NCBI GenBank assembly: GCA_942493095.1
Contig: OW818675.1
Location: forward strand, 1,500,001-1,532,000
Direction of reading: 5' to 3'
DNA from: Candidatus Electronema halotolerans
GTDB lineage: Bacteria; Desulfobacterota; Desulfobulbia; Desulfobulbales; Desulfobulbaceae
Length of the DNA: 32,000 nt
Shown here: in pieces, positions 1 through 8,556 of the stretch
Numbering within the stretch: the first letter of the stretch is position 1
How the letters are laid out: each line of letters opens with the position of its first letter
Program-made: the position numbers and the translations under genes
The notes under the pieces: model-generated
What the model was told of the DNA's origin: nothing
Databases searched by the model: none
What the model saw: the letters and a program-made list of their open reading frames with translations, nothing else

Positions 1-389
1 TGACGGTAGTCTGGCCAGAAGCCGGAATGCCGGATCCAGCGGCCCATGAAAAAGTTGCGCCGGGGAATATAGTAGGCATCCGCCGGGCGGGGCTGGGCAA
101 TGGCCGCCAAAATTTCATCCCGTGCTTCCGGGGTGCAGCGCTCGTCGGCATCCAAGGAGAAAATCCAGTCGTATGCGCAGGCGGCCATGGCCTGATTGCG
201 CAGGTCGCCAAAGCCTTTGAAGTCAAGCTGCACCACCCGTGCGCCCAGCGCGGCGGCCATTTCCGCTGTGCCGTCGGTGCTGAAGGAATCAGCTACAACA
301 ATTTCATCCGCCCAGAGCACAGAATTGACTGCGGCCTGAATCTTGTCCGCCTCGTTCCACGCTATAATGTATGCGGAAATTCTGCTCAT
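1..389 (-). CDS. Glycosyltransferase family 2, WaaE/KdtX-like (C-terminus runs off the window)
   Basis: Minus-strand translation from ATG at 389: MSRISAYIIAWNEADKIQAAVNSVLWADEIVVADSFSTDGTAEMAAALGARVVQLDFKGFGDLRNQAMAACAYDWIFSLDADERCTPEAR... This is a GT-A fold N-terminus with the acidic motif SLDADER. Its start overlaps the stop of the next gene (ATGA). Confidence 0.85.
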   Translation of the reverse strand, partial: MSRISAYIIAWNEADKIQAAVNSVLWADEIVVADSFSTDGTAEMAAALGARVVQLDFKGFGDLRNQAMAACAYDWIFSLDADERCTPEARDEILAAIAQPRPADAYYIPRRNFFMGRWIRHSGFWPDYR

Positions 390-2650
390 CGCAGCGGCCT
401 TGGCCCAGGAGGAGCTGGCCGTCTGGCCGCGCCGCCGCCTGCCAGCTGGATGACAATGTTGTCTGTCTTGCGCAGCCGCTTGGCCAGCGTCTTGAAAAGA
501 TGATTGGATATCTCTGGATATTTTTCCAGCAATTCCTTCAGCTTGTCGCCAGGGTACTTTTTCACCTTGCTCCGGCCCACTGAAATGACTGAGGCGTAGC
601 GGGGTTCTTGGAGCATGCAGGCCATTTCACCAAAATATTCGCCTGGCTCGGTAATTTCTGCGATTTTTTTGCCCTGCTTGAGCACTGCCACCTTACCGCG
701 CACCAATTTGTAGAAATTGCGGTCGTCCTGATTGCCCTCCTGAATGATGATATCACCATCCTCATATTCCTCCACCGGCGGACTGACGAGATAGGGCGGC
801 AGGGTGTCCTGATGGACAACTGTGCTGCCCTCCACCTCATCAAGACTGGTGACTCCCTGAACAGCCTTCAGAATTGCCGCTTGACGCAGGGTGTACATGC
901 CTGACTGCACGGCGACCTTGCGAAGCTGCTCCTCAGAAACCTGCGCTTGGATGGCTTGCGCAACCTCGGTGGTGACTTCCAGCAGCTCAAAAAAGCCGAC
1001 CCGGCCCTTGTAGCCACGCCCGCTGCAGACCGAACAGCCCTTGGGGCCGTAGAGCTGAAAGCCTTCCTTGTCAATTTGCTCCTCACTGAAACCGATCTCC
1101 AGCAGCCTTTTCCGTTCGACTGTAATCGGCTGCTTGCACTTGGCGCAGAGCCTGCGGCCCAGACGCTGGGCCAGAACCATAGTCAGCGAACCTGCCAGAA
1201 TATACGGAGGAATGCCGATGTCAACCATGCGGCTGACTGTGGCCACTGCGTCGTTGGTGTGCAGGGTGCTGAAGACCAGATGGCCGGTCATGGCCGCTTT
1301 CATGGCAATCTCAGCCGTGCTGATGTCGCGGATCTCGCCGACCATGATGATGTCCGGGTCCTGCCGGAGAAAGGCCTTCAGGGCGGCAGGAAAGGTCATG
1401 CCGACCTCAACGTTGACGTTGACCTGATTGATGCCCTTGAAGTTGAATTCAACCGGGTCCTCGGCAGTGAGGATTTTTATGTCCTCGCTGTTCAAGGAGT
1501 TGAGTGCCGAATACAAGGTGACTGTCTTGCCGGAGCCGGTCGGGCCGGTGACCAAAAGCAGCCCTTGAGGCCGTTCAAGACAGCGTCTGAGGGCGGCAAA
1601 GGTTTCTTCCTCAAAACCGAGCTTGGTCAGGTTGACGTTGAGCGAGCCTTTGTCCAAAATACGGAGGACAATGCCTTCGCCGTGCAGGAGCGGCAAGGTG
1701 GAGACACGAAAGTCAACCGCCTTGTTGCGGCCCATGCGGATGCTGATGCGGCCATCCTGCGGCACCCGCCGCTCAGTGATGTTCAGCCCGGCAAGAATCT
1801 TCATGCGGGCTGAGAGAGCGTTTTTGATGGTCAACGGCAGGTTCATGGCCTTGTACAAGGAACCGTCCTTGCGGTAGCGGACCTGCATGGTCTTTTCAAA
1901 CGGCTCAATATGAATATCGCTGACCCCTTCCTGCACGGCCTTGACCAAGATGCCGTTCACCAATTTGATGATCGGCGCGTCATTGGCTGAGAACTGACCA
2001 GTCTTGTCATCCTCTTCTCCGCTTGTGTCCTCGAACTCAAAGTCCTCGGCCGCGTCGTTCACCAGCGCGCCCCAGTCCTCAACCTGCTCAACCTGATCGA
2101 CCTGCTCATCCTCTTTCAGGCCAAAGAACGCTTTATACTCTTCCTCATCAATTTTGTAATAGGTGCGGTAGGCATCAACGATGTTTCGGGTTGTGGAAAC
2201 GCAGACATTCAATCCCATGTTGAGGGAGTTCTGTATCTCCTCAACCTCCATGGCATCGGTCGGCTCGGCCATGGTGATCTGGAGGGTGTCGCCCGCAACC
2301 CGGAGAGGAAAGGCCAAATACTTCTTGGCCATTTCGTAGGGCATCAGCTTGATGGCATCAGGACTCGGCGCTTCCTCGACGATATCGACCATGTTGTAGC
2401 CGTGCTGCCTGCTGAGGAAGTTGGCTATCGTATCTTCTTCAATAATGCCGCTTTCAAGCAGCAGCTTGCTCAACCGCTCGTTGGATTTTTTCTGGATGGC
2501 CTGAGCATTGGTGAACTCGGCAGAAGTGATATAGCCAGCCTTCTGAAGCAGCTCGCCAATTTTGAGTCTGCCTGCCCCGGACTGATCTTTGACAGTTCGT
2601 CTCAGCGCCGCCTTTTGCTCTGTTTTTTTTGCCGCAGATGATTTATCCAT
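386..2650 (-). CDS. pilB: GspE/PilB-family type II secretion/type IV pilus ATPase with C-terminal cyclic-nucleotide-binding-like domain
   Basis: N-terminal MshEN-like region, Walker A GPTGSGKT, DPDIIMVGEIRDISTAEIAMKAAMTGHLVFSTLHTND, tetracysteine zinc motif (CAKC...CSVC). C-terminal region EEYEDGDIIIQEGNQDDRNFYKLVRGKVAVLKQGKKIAEITEPGEYFGEMACMLQEPRYASVISV resembles a cNMP-binding fold. Confidence 0.9.
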   Translation of the reverse strand: MDKSSAAKKTEQKAALRRTVKDQSGAGRLKIGELLQKAGYITSAEFTNAQAIQKKSNERLSKLLLESGIIEEDTIANFLSRQHGYNMVDIVEEAPSPDAIKLMPYEMAKKYLAFPLRVAGDTLQITMAEPTDAMEVEEIQNSLNMGLNVCVSTTRNIVDAYRTYYKIDEEEYKAFFGLKEDEQVDQVEQVEDWGALVNDAAEDFEFEDTSGEEDDKTGQFSANDAPIIKLVNGILVKAVQEGVSDIHIEPFEKTMQVRYRKDGSLYKAMNLPLTIKNALSARMKILAGLNITERRVPQDGRISIRMGRNKAVDFRVSTLPLLHGEGIVLRILDKGSLNVNLTKLGFEEETFAALRRCLERPQGLLLVTGPTGSGKTVTLYSALNSLNSEDIKILTAEDPVEFNFKGINQVNVNVEVGMTFPAALKAFLRQDPDIIMVGEIRDISTAEIAMKAAMTGHLVFSTLHTNDAVATVSRMVDIGIPPYILAGSLTMVLAQRLGRRLCAKCKQPITVERKRLLEIGFSEEQIDKEGFQLYGPKGCSVCSGRGYKGRVGFFELLEVTTEVAQAIQAQVSEEQLRKVAVQSGMYTLRQAAILKAVQGVTSLDEVEGSTVVHQDTLPPYLVSPPVEEYEDGDIIIQEGNQDDRNFYKLVRGKVAVLKQGKKIAEITEPGEYFGEMACMLQEPRYASVISVGRSKVKKYPGDKLKELLEKYPEISNHLFKTLAKRLRKTDNIVIQLAGGGAARRPAPPGPRPLR

Positions 2651-2831
2651 AGTGCAGATATTCCGGCTGACAATGCGTTTCAGTTCACTTTTAAGGTATC
2701 CTTTTCTATCTTACCCCAAAACAAAATCGGCCAAAAGGGATTTCTTTTTCTCTCTGATTCCGAGGCTGAAACAGACGACCGCCGGACACAGCGCAGCGGT
2801 TCGGCAGGCGGGAGGGCAAGCAAATCTTATT

Positions 2832-3764
2832 TTATTCAAAAAAGTTGCGGAATCGCTGTTTGCATTCCTCATGCAGGGGAATCATCACCTCGCGCATGGA
2901 CGGCTCCGCCGCCTTGGAGCAGCGCAGTTTGAAGATATGCCGCCATTCCTCCAAGTTGGCATAAACGATGATTTCGGTTTTGCAGGAATTGGGCAGCACG
3001 GTGCGGGCGGCCTGCGGCGTGGAGGTCTCCAACAGTTTGAAATATCGCTGTTCCTCATCAAGCATGGCCTGCTTCCAGACAGCATATTCCTCACTTTCTT
3101 GGGCAAAAAACAGCGGCTTGATAAACGTTATTTCGTTGCCGAACTTGTCTTCACTGTAGCGGCAATAGCGCTGTGATTCCTGAATAAATCCGCATGGGCG
3201 GTGCCTGACAATCTCATGCGTGACAGCGCGATTGACAATGAACTTCACCGCAAGATGCCGGTGCTTTGCCAATTTTTGCCCAGAGAATTGGTCGATTTCC
3301 GCCAGCGGCACCTTGCGCACAGTGATACCGGGAACAGCGGTCAGCCCTTTTTCCGCAAGAATATCCCGAAAAAAATAAGGATGCCGCTCACTGAGCAAAG
3401 CGCAGGCCGCTCTGATCACAGCGCAGTCTGGATGCACGAGAAGCATTTCCCGAAAAGCGCGGATGCTGCCAGTGATCAGCAGGCTGCGGCCTTCATGGCT
3501 GATGTGCAGGTATTTGGGCTGGCAAAGAAAAAACTCGGCAATGGCACTTTCATCAGTGCAGTTTATTTCCAGCGTGACCACACCCATTTCCAGCACTGAA
3601 TTGTGGCCATGCCCGGCCATTTTTTCGACAAAAGGAATGGCTGATTCTTGGGTTATCCGATCTTCGCTCTTGTAGCAGACACGCCCGCAGAACTCAATGC
3701 GGACAGCAAGGGGCTGCTGGTCGAGATGTTCAAGAATTTCAAAGGATGGGGAGATGACTTTCAT
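2832..3764 (-). CDS. thyX: FAD-dependent thymidylate synthase (ThyX)
   Basis: ThyX signature RHR-x7-S present as RHRPCGFIQESQRYCRYS; 310 aa; upstream HNSVLEMGVVTLEI and ITGSIRAFREMLL regions. Confidence 0.93.
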   Translation of the reverse strand: MKVISPSFEILEHLDQQPLAVRIEFCGRVCYKSEDRITQESAIPFVEKMAGHGHNSVLEMGVVTLEINCTDESAIAEFFLCQPKYLHISHEGRSLLITGSIRAFREMLLVHPDCAVIRAACALLSERHPYFFRDILAEKGLTAVPGITVRKVPLAEIDQFSGQKLAKHRHLAVKFIVNRAVTHEIVRHRPCGFIQESQRYCRYSEDKFGNEITFIKPLFFAQESEEYAVWKQAMLDEEQRYFKLLETSTPQAARTVLPNSCKTEIIVYANLEEWRHIFKLRCSKAAEPSMREVMIPLHEECKQRFRNFFE

Positions 3765-3786
3765 TGTTCAGATTCCAAATAAAAAA

Positions 3787-3811
3787 TGCTGACAGGAAAA
3801 TCCTGTCAGCA
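3787..3811 (-). terminator. Rho-independent terminator downstream of the 3839..5511 gene
   Basis: Perfect 11 bp arms TGCTGACAGGA-aaa-TCCTGTCAGCA. Read on the minus strand, they are followed by TTTTTTATTT. Confidence 0.8.
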
Positions 3812-3838
3812 TGGATACGCTGTTTAGCTGCGCAGAAC

Positions 3839-5511
3839 TCAGGGGTTTTCTGGTTGCGGTCTTGATTTCAGGAGCAACAGTTTATAGACTGGAATAAGGG
3901 AATTCGACGGTTCAAGAACTGCATCAACAGTGGTATCACCTGCTTGCACTTCAGTCGCCTGATCAAAATTAGGTTGATCATCGTACCATTCAGATGTTCC
4001 ATAGCCCGAACCATTTGCAGTCGTCTTTCTAAAGAATCTCACCTTGAACGTACCGCCAGCGGGCAGACCTGTAACTTCATATATGCCGTCTGTTCCAGTC
4101 GTTGCAGTTCCTCTCAGTAGAGATGAATCCGCACTGTCATAGACTGCAACCAAGCCGCCTTCCAAAGGCACAGGGTCGCTGTCGCCATCTTTGATTGTTA
4201 CTGTGCCGGAAATACTGACACCAAGATCGAGTTCAGCGTCTTTTCCTGTCAGAGCATCACCTAATGATGTAATATCTACAGCGTCAGCACTGCTCTCTTT
4301 ATACCATTCACTGCTGTAACCGGTTCCGTCAGCTTGAAAATAGAGTGTGTAACTGTCTCGCTGCAAGCCAACAACAGTATATGCTCCATCTGTTCCTGTT
4401 GCAGGAGAAGTTGCGGCCAGACTGCCGCTGCTGTCATAAGCTTTGACAATTACGCCTGCAATTCCTTCTCCTGCGCTGTCTGTCACTGTGCCAGAGATAC
4501 TTGCGCCGTTGAAAACAGCATCAACATCTGTCTGACCAATAGAAACTGAATCGGCAGTGGCAGCATCAGATTTGTCATTATACCATTTATTGACTCCTGC
4601 TCCGGCATTAGTGGCTGCTTTTTTCTCAAAGAATTGCACTTTGTAACTTCCTGATGCAGAAAGGCCGCCAACAGTGTAGGAGCCATCCGTTCCTGTTGCT
4701 GTATATCCTTTCAGAGTATTATCGGCGGTATCATATACATTGATCCATGCTCCAGAAATACCGGCTCCAGTTTCGCTGATAGTTACTTTGCCAGAAATAC
4801 TACCACCAGTAGAGAGTATAGCATCAATACCGACTTTTGTCTCTCCTGCTGTAACAGTTAAAACTGTAGCATCACCTTCATCAGCTACGTCATCATACCA
4901 TTCAGTACCATAATTAGTCCCGAAAGCTCTAAAACGCACTTTATAGCTTCCAGCCCTTAAACCGCTTATGGAATAGGCTCCAGAACTGTTTGTAGTGTCT
5001 GATAGAAAATTATTTTCGTCATTCAAGTCAATAACTTGCACGGTAACGCCTTCGATTCCTTTGCCGCTGCTCTGATCTGTTACTGTGCCTTTAATGACAG
5101 CACCTGAAACAAGCACGGTTTCTCCTAAATCCTGCGTAGCCTGCCCTGATGTCAAAGAGACAATATCTGCTTCAGTAAAAGTTGCTCTGTTGTTATACCA
5201 TTGATCAATACAATCAAGTTCAGAAGCAGCACAAGCAAAGATTATTCTGTAATTCCCGAACTGCAATCCTGATATTGTATAGGAACCATCAGCACCTGTT
5301 TTTTCTGCCTTGAAAACAGAGTTCTGGTCAGATAGAGATACTCCAACCAGAAAATTTGGAACAGGATCATTGCCATCAAGCACTTTGCCAGTTATAGAAC
5401 CAGTTGTCTGAGCTTCCGCTGCTGGTGGCAGGCAGCACAGTCCAGAGAAGGAAAGCAGGGGCAGCAGAATGGTCAGAAACCGCAGCCAACGGTTATTATT
5501 CATGCTCATGG
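3839..5511 (-). CDS. Secreted protein with about five carboxypeptidase-regulatory-like (beta-sandwich) repeats
   Basis: Likely start MSMNNNRWLRFLTILLPLLSFSGLCCLPPAAEA (signal peptide) rather than the ORF-track start at 5698. Repeats of the type ISGTVTDSAGEGIAGVIVKAYDSSGSL..TGTDGAYTVVGLQRDSYTLYFQADGTGYSSEWY. Confidence 0.8.
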
Positions 5512-5551
5512 CATATCTCCTTGGACAGAAGTTTGTATAAATTCTGCCCAA

Positions 5552-5581
5552 ATTATAAAATGAAATCCTAACAGGTTGCAA
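5552..5581 (-). promoter_or_regulatory. Putative sigma70-type promoter for the 3839..5511 gene
   Basis: Minus strand TTGCAA (5576..5581), 18 bp spacer, TATAAT (5552..5557), about 40 bp upstream of the proposed start, which has a GGAG ribosome-binding site. Confidence 0.5.
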
Positions 5582-5586
5582 GAGAT

Positions 5587-6093
5587 TTATTCTACTGGCG
5601 GAACAATTATTTTTCCACAGCCACACAGCCACAGATGCAGTCTGCGCAGGGCATGAAAAATCAAGGTATGGCTGACAATCAAGCTGGCCATAAACCACTG
5701 GAACGGTGTGTTTAAACTGATTGGCGGCCCTGTCTCAGGAATGATTCGCCGCACCTGGCCAAGCACGTTGTCAGCAGGCGAAAAGCCGTCAAAACCGGCG
5801 CAGGCATCACCTTTAGTCAACAGATGCAGCCTTCCGTTTTGCAAACGCCGCCAGATCAGGCGGTGGACAAGCGGATTTCCCGTTCGATCATAAAGGAAAA
5901 AAATCTCACCGAGCTGTAGTCTGTTGCCAAGCAGCGGGGCAATCTCAATGACCTCTCCTCCCTTGAGCAGTGGTCGCATGGAATTGCCGGACACCCGGAT
6001 GCGGACAGCAATACCTTGCCGCAACAGCGATTGCACCAAGACTAAGGAACCCGGCTCGCGGATGCCAATGACAGAACGGTTATTCATCGGCAA
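5587..6093 (-). CDS. S24/S26-family (signal-peptidase-like) peptidase
   Basis: VRIRVSGNSMRPLLKGGEVIEIAPL (catalytic Ser motif) and LGEIFFLYDRTGNPLVHRLIWRR (candidate His position, as in archaeal/SipW-type S26B enzymes), with a hydrophobic C-terminal segment. Confidence 0.75.
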   Translation of the reverse strand: MPMNNRSVIGIREPGSLVLVQSLLRQGIAVRIRVSGNSMRPLLKGGEVIEIAPLLGNRLQLGEIFFLYDRTGNPLVHRLIWRRLQNGRLHLLTKGDACAGFDGFSPADNVLGQVRRIIPETGPPISLNTPFQWFMASLIVSHTLIFHALRRLHLWLCGCGKIIVPPVE

Positions 6094-6099
6094 GTCTGC

Positions 6100-6984
6100 T
6101 CAAGGCAGTAAAGCGGCCAAATCGGCCACAGCCTGCACAGCGGTTTGATCCGGGCGGAAGGCCAGCTCAAAGGCAGGAATATCAAGGAGAAGCGACTCGC
6201 AGACGGCAAGTCCTTTGTCTGTCCATTCCTGACTGTACCAAGGAATGGAGACCGTCTCCAGCAGACGGCGGAGAGCGGCGGAGGGTGCCAGTTCAGAAAT
6301 TTTTGTCTGCGAGGCTTGGCTGAGAAAGACCAAAGCCGAAAGCGGCGCGGACTCGTTGCGGGCGATCACACCAGTTCCTTTCCACGGAGTGCCCCAGAGC
6401 TGCCAGCCGTCATTCATTCGGCGCATGATGATCCGCTCTTCGCTGTAGAGCTGATTTTCTGGAAAAGGTAGCAGCAAATGACTGAGAGTGGATTTGCCCG
6501 TGCCGGAAACAGCCGGAAAAACCATGCCCTTGCCGTGAATGGAGCCGCCTGCGGCATGGATGATCAAGCCGTGATGATTTATGAAGGTGTGCTGAAGGAA
6601 AAAGCGGTTAAATGCAAGACGATAACAATCATTTTTTTTCTCGTCATGCGGAGAAAGAAAAAATTCAAAAATAGAAAATTCAGAATCAACAGCGAGATGC
6701 CATAAAATATCTGCTTTTCCATCCTTCAAATACTGCAATTCAAGTCCGCCGTTCGCTGCGGCGTAAAGATTTATCTGATGTTGTGAATATATTTTATTTT
6801 TGGCAGCTTTTTCAGCATCATACTGTCTGGATAACTTGAAGTCAATCTGAATTTTCGCCTGAATATACTTCCCGCTATGGTTTTGGTCCAAGAAAGAATC
6901 GTATTCTTTTCCTTCTTCTTTCAGATTGCAATAAGAACCAGCAGAAATCTGAACAGGCAAGCCGCCAAGACTATATGAGAGCAT
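6100..6984 (-). CDS. HprK-like P-loop kinase-related protein
   Basis: IHAAGGSIHGKGMVFPAVSGTGKSTLSHLLLP: Walker A GTGKST in an HprK-like context, followed by YSEERIIMRRMNDGWQLWGTPWKGT. Confidence 0.75.
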   Translation of the reverse strand: MLSYSLGGLPVQISAGSYCNLKEEGKEYDSFLDQNHSGKYIQAKIQIDFKLSRQYDAEKAAKNKIYSQHQINLYAAANGGLELQYLKDGKADILWHLAVDSEFSIFEFFLSPHDEKKNDCYRLAFNRFFLQHTFINHHGLIIHAAGGSIHGKGMVFPAVSGTGKSTLSHLLLPFPENQLYSEERIIMRRMNDGWQLWGTPWKGTGVIARNESAPLSALVFLSQASQTKISELAPSAALRRLLETVSIPWYSQEWTDKGLAVCESLLLDIPAFELAFRPDQTAVQAVADLAALLP

Positions 6985-7002
6985 GAAAATACTCTCTATA
7001 AC

Positions 7003-7179
7003 TTATCCAGATTGACCACTAACTTCACCACATCCACCTGCTCCTATAGCCCATCTGCAAACCTCTAACACTTGGTCAGCAAACAACTCCACCTTGCCCA
7101 AGAGCGGTTTTTCATACGGCATTTTTTCCTGCCTGTCTGTTTGGCGACACTGTTCCAACATTTCGTATTTTTTCATCAT
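7003..7179 (-). CDS. Putative RiPP precursor peptide B (58 aa)
   Basis: Translated by hand: MMKKYEMLEQCRQTDRQEKMPYEKPLLGKVELFADQVLEVCRWAIGAGGCGEVSGQSG*. GGAGAG ribosome-binding site just upstream. Sits between radical SAM and HprK-like genes. Shares 15 conserved positions over a 20-residue leader motif with precursor A. Not in the ORF track. Confidence 0.8.
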   Translation of the reverse strand: MMKKYEMLEQCRQTDRQEKMPYEKPLLGKVELFADQVLEVCRWAIGAGGCGEVSGQSG

Positions 7180-7190
7180 TCACTCTCCAA

Positions 7191-8339
7191 TCAAAAAGAT
7201 GGTATTTGGGCCAGCTCAGTTCGACGGCTGACAGCATACTGACAATAAAAATCAGGCACCTGCTGCGCATCATCTGTTTCCAAAGCAAAATTGCTTGGGC
7301 ATCCTGTGCAGACATTTCTGTCGTCGCAGTTATTGCAAGGAAAACCGTCCCGCGCCTCCTGCTCTGGAAAAGTTCCGTTGATGCTCTTCCATGCCGCCTG
7401 AAATGTCTGACTGGCATCCTGCAAATCAATTGCAGAACGGAGCGTGATCAGACAGGGCTGCATCACTCCATAGGGCGTGATATGACAGGATGACCTGCCT
7501 GCGCCGCAACGGTAGAGTTTATTTGATGGCTCTGCTGAAGCCGCTTCAGCAATCTGCTCCTGCAACTTTTCCCGCACCTTGGCAATGCTCAGATCAGCAT
7601 CTGCCGCCTGCTCAGGGGCCAGTCGGAAACGGAGTGTGTCCTGCAAGCTGTCCCCAACATTGCTGCGTCCGCCGTTGTCGCCGTTGGGCAGAGCTGGGAT
7701 AATCGAACAGTCATGCCGGAACTGCACTCCCATCTCCTCCGCCTTATGCCAAAGCTGCGGCAGTTCATCCCGGTTCAAGGTCAGTGCCATTGTTTTCAGG
7801 CGGAGCCGCACCTTGGCCTGCCGGAGCTTCTCAACCCCTCTCATGCAAGCGGCATAAGAACCGGGAGCCTGCGTCACCGCCTCAAAGGTTTCCTGACTTG
7901 CACCGTACAACGTCACTTCGACGGCTCGTGGCGGATAGGTGACAAAAGTGCTGACAATTTCATCTGTGATCAGCGAGCCATTGCAGAAGACCGTCACCAA
8001 AAGACCTCTGCGCACCGCATGACGGTAGATGTCGAGAAAATCAGGTCGGAGCATTGGGTCTCCGCCAGTCAGGGTCAAAAACAAAGTTCCTGCCGCCATC
8101 ATCTCATCAAGCAGCCTGATGACCGCTGCTGCATCCAATTCCTGCGGCTGATGACCACGTATGCTTTTTTGATCGCCGAGATAGCAGTGAACACAACGAA
8201 AATTGCATCGTCGGGTCAGCTCCAAAGAAACAGCAAATGATACATGAGCTTGCCCTGCTTTGACAAGATAACTGGATATATCATTGCTTTCCGCTGCAAG
8301 ACAATCCGTTTCTTTTTGAACTACCCGATGGCCTTTCAA
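7191..8339 (-). CDS. Radical SAM/SPASM-domain peptide-modifying enzyme
   Basis: CxxxCxxC motif as CNFRCVHC; TGGDPMLRPDF; C-terminal SPASM-like cysteines (CGAGRSSCHITPYGVMQPC...CNNCDDRNVCTGCPSNF...C). TTG start preceded by AAGGAAG. Confidence 0.9.
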   Translation of the reverse strand: MKGHRVVQKETDCLAAESNDISSYLVKAGQAHVSFAVSLELTRRCNFRCVHCYLGDQKSIRGHQPQELDAAAVIRLLDEMMAAGTLFLTLTGGDPMLRPDFLDIYRHAVRRGLLVTVFCNGSLITDEIVSTFVTYPPRAVEVTLYGASQETFEAVTQAPGSYAACMRGVEKLRQAKVRLRLKTMALTLNRDELPQLWHKAEEMGVQFRHDCSIIPALPNGDNGGRSNVGDSLQDTLRFRLAPEQAADADLSIAKVREKLQEQIAEAASAEPSNKLYRCGAGRSSCHITPYGVMQPCLITLRSAIDLQDASQTFQAAWKSINGTFPEQEARDGFPCNNCDDRNVCTGCPSNFALETDDAQQVPDFYCQYAVSRRTELAQIPSF

Positions 8340-8364
8340 AAAACTTCCTTATGCTATTAAGTTA

Positions 8365-8535
8365 TTAAGGATCAGAATTGACAGCAACTAAGTTGCGAAT
8401 TTCACATGTGTTATCATTATCATAACACATCGACAGCACTCGATCTGCAAACAAACTTACTTTACCTAACTGCGGCTTTTCATACACCTGCTTGGCAGCT
8501 TTCTGCGTCTGTTTTTCCTGAATATCCTGCTGCAT
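8365..8535 (-). CDS. Putative RiPP precursor peptide A (56 aa)
   Basis: Translated by hand: MQQDIQEKQTQKAAKQVYEKPQLGKVSLFADRVLSMCYDNDNTCEIRNLVAVNSDP*. Lies between PqqD-like and radical SAM genes. Same YEKPxLGKVxLFADxVLxxC block as precursor B, with an unrelated C-terminus. Not in the ORF track. Confidence 0.8.
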   Translation of the reverse strand: MQQDIQEKQTQKAAKQVYEKPQLGKVSLFADRVLSMCYDNDNTCEIRNLVAVNSDP

Positions 8536-8556
8536 GGCCCGCGTCCCCCCTTTGTT

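Noticed and set aside
947-1813. Plus-strand 288-aa ORF
   Set aside because: Antisense to the ATPase gene, with no recognisable motifs, while the minus strand has clear Walker and zinc motifs.
7112-7429. Minus ORF of 105 aa covering precursor B and the radical SAM C-terminus
   Set aside because: Out of frame with both. It has no recognisable motif, whereas the frame giving the 58-aa peptide has a good ribosome-binding site and leader similarity.
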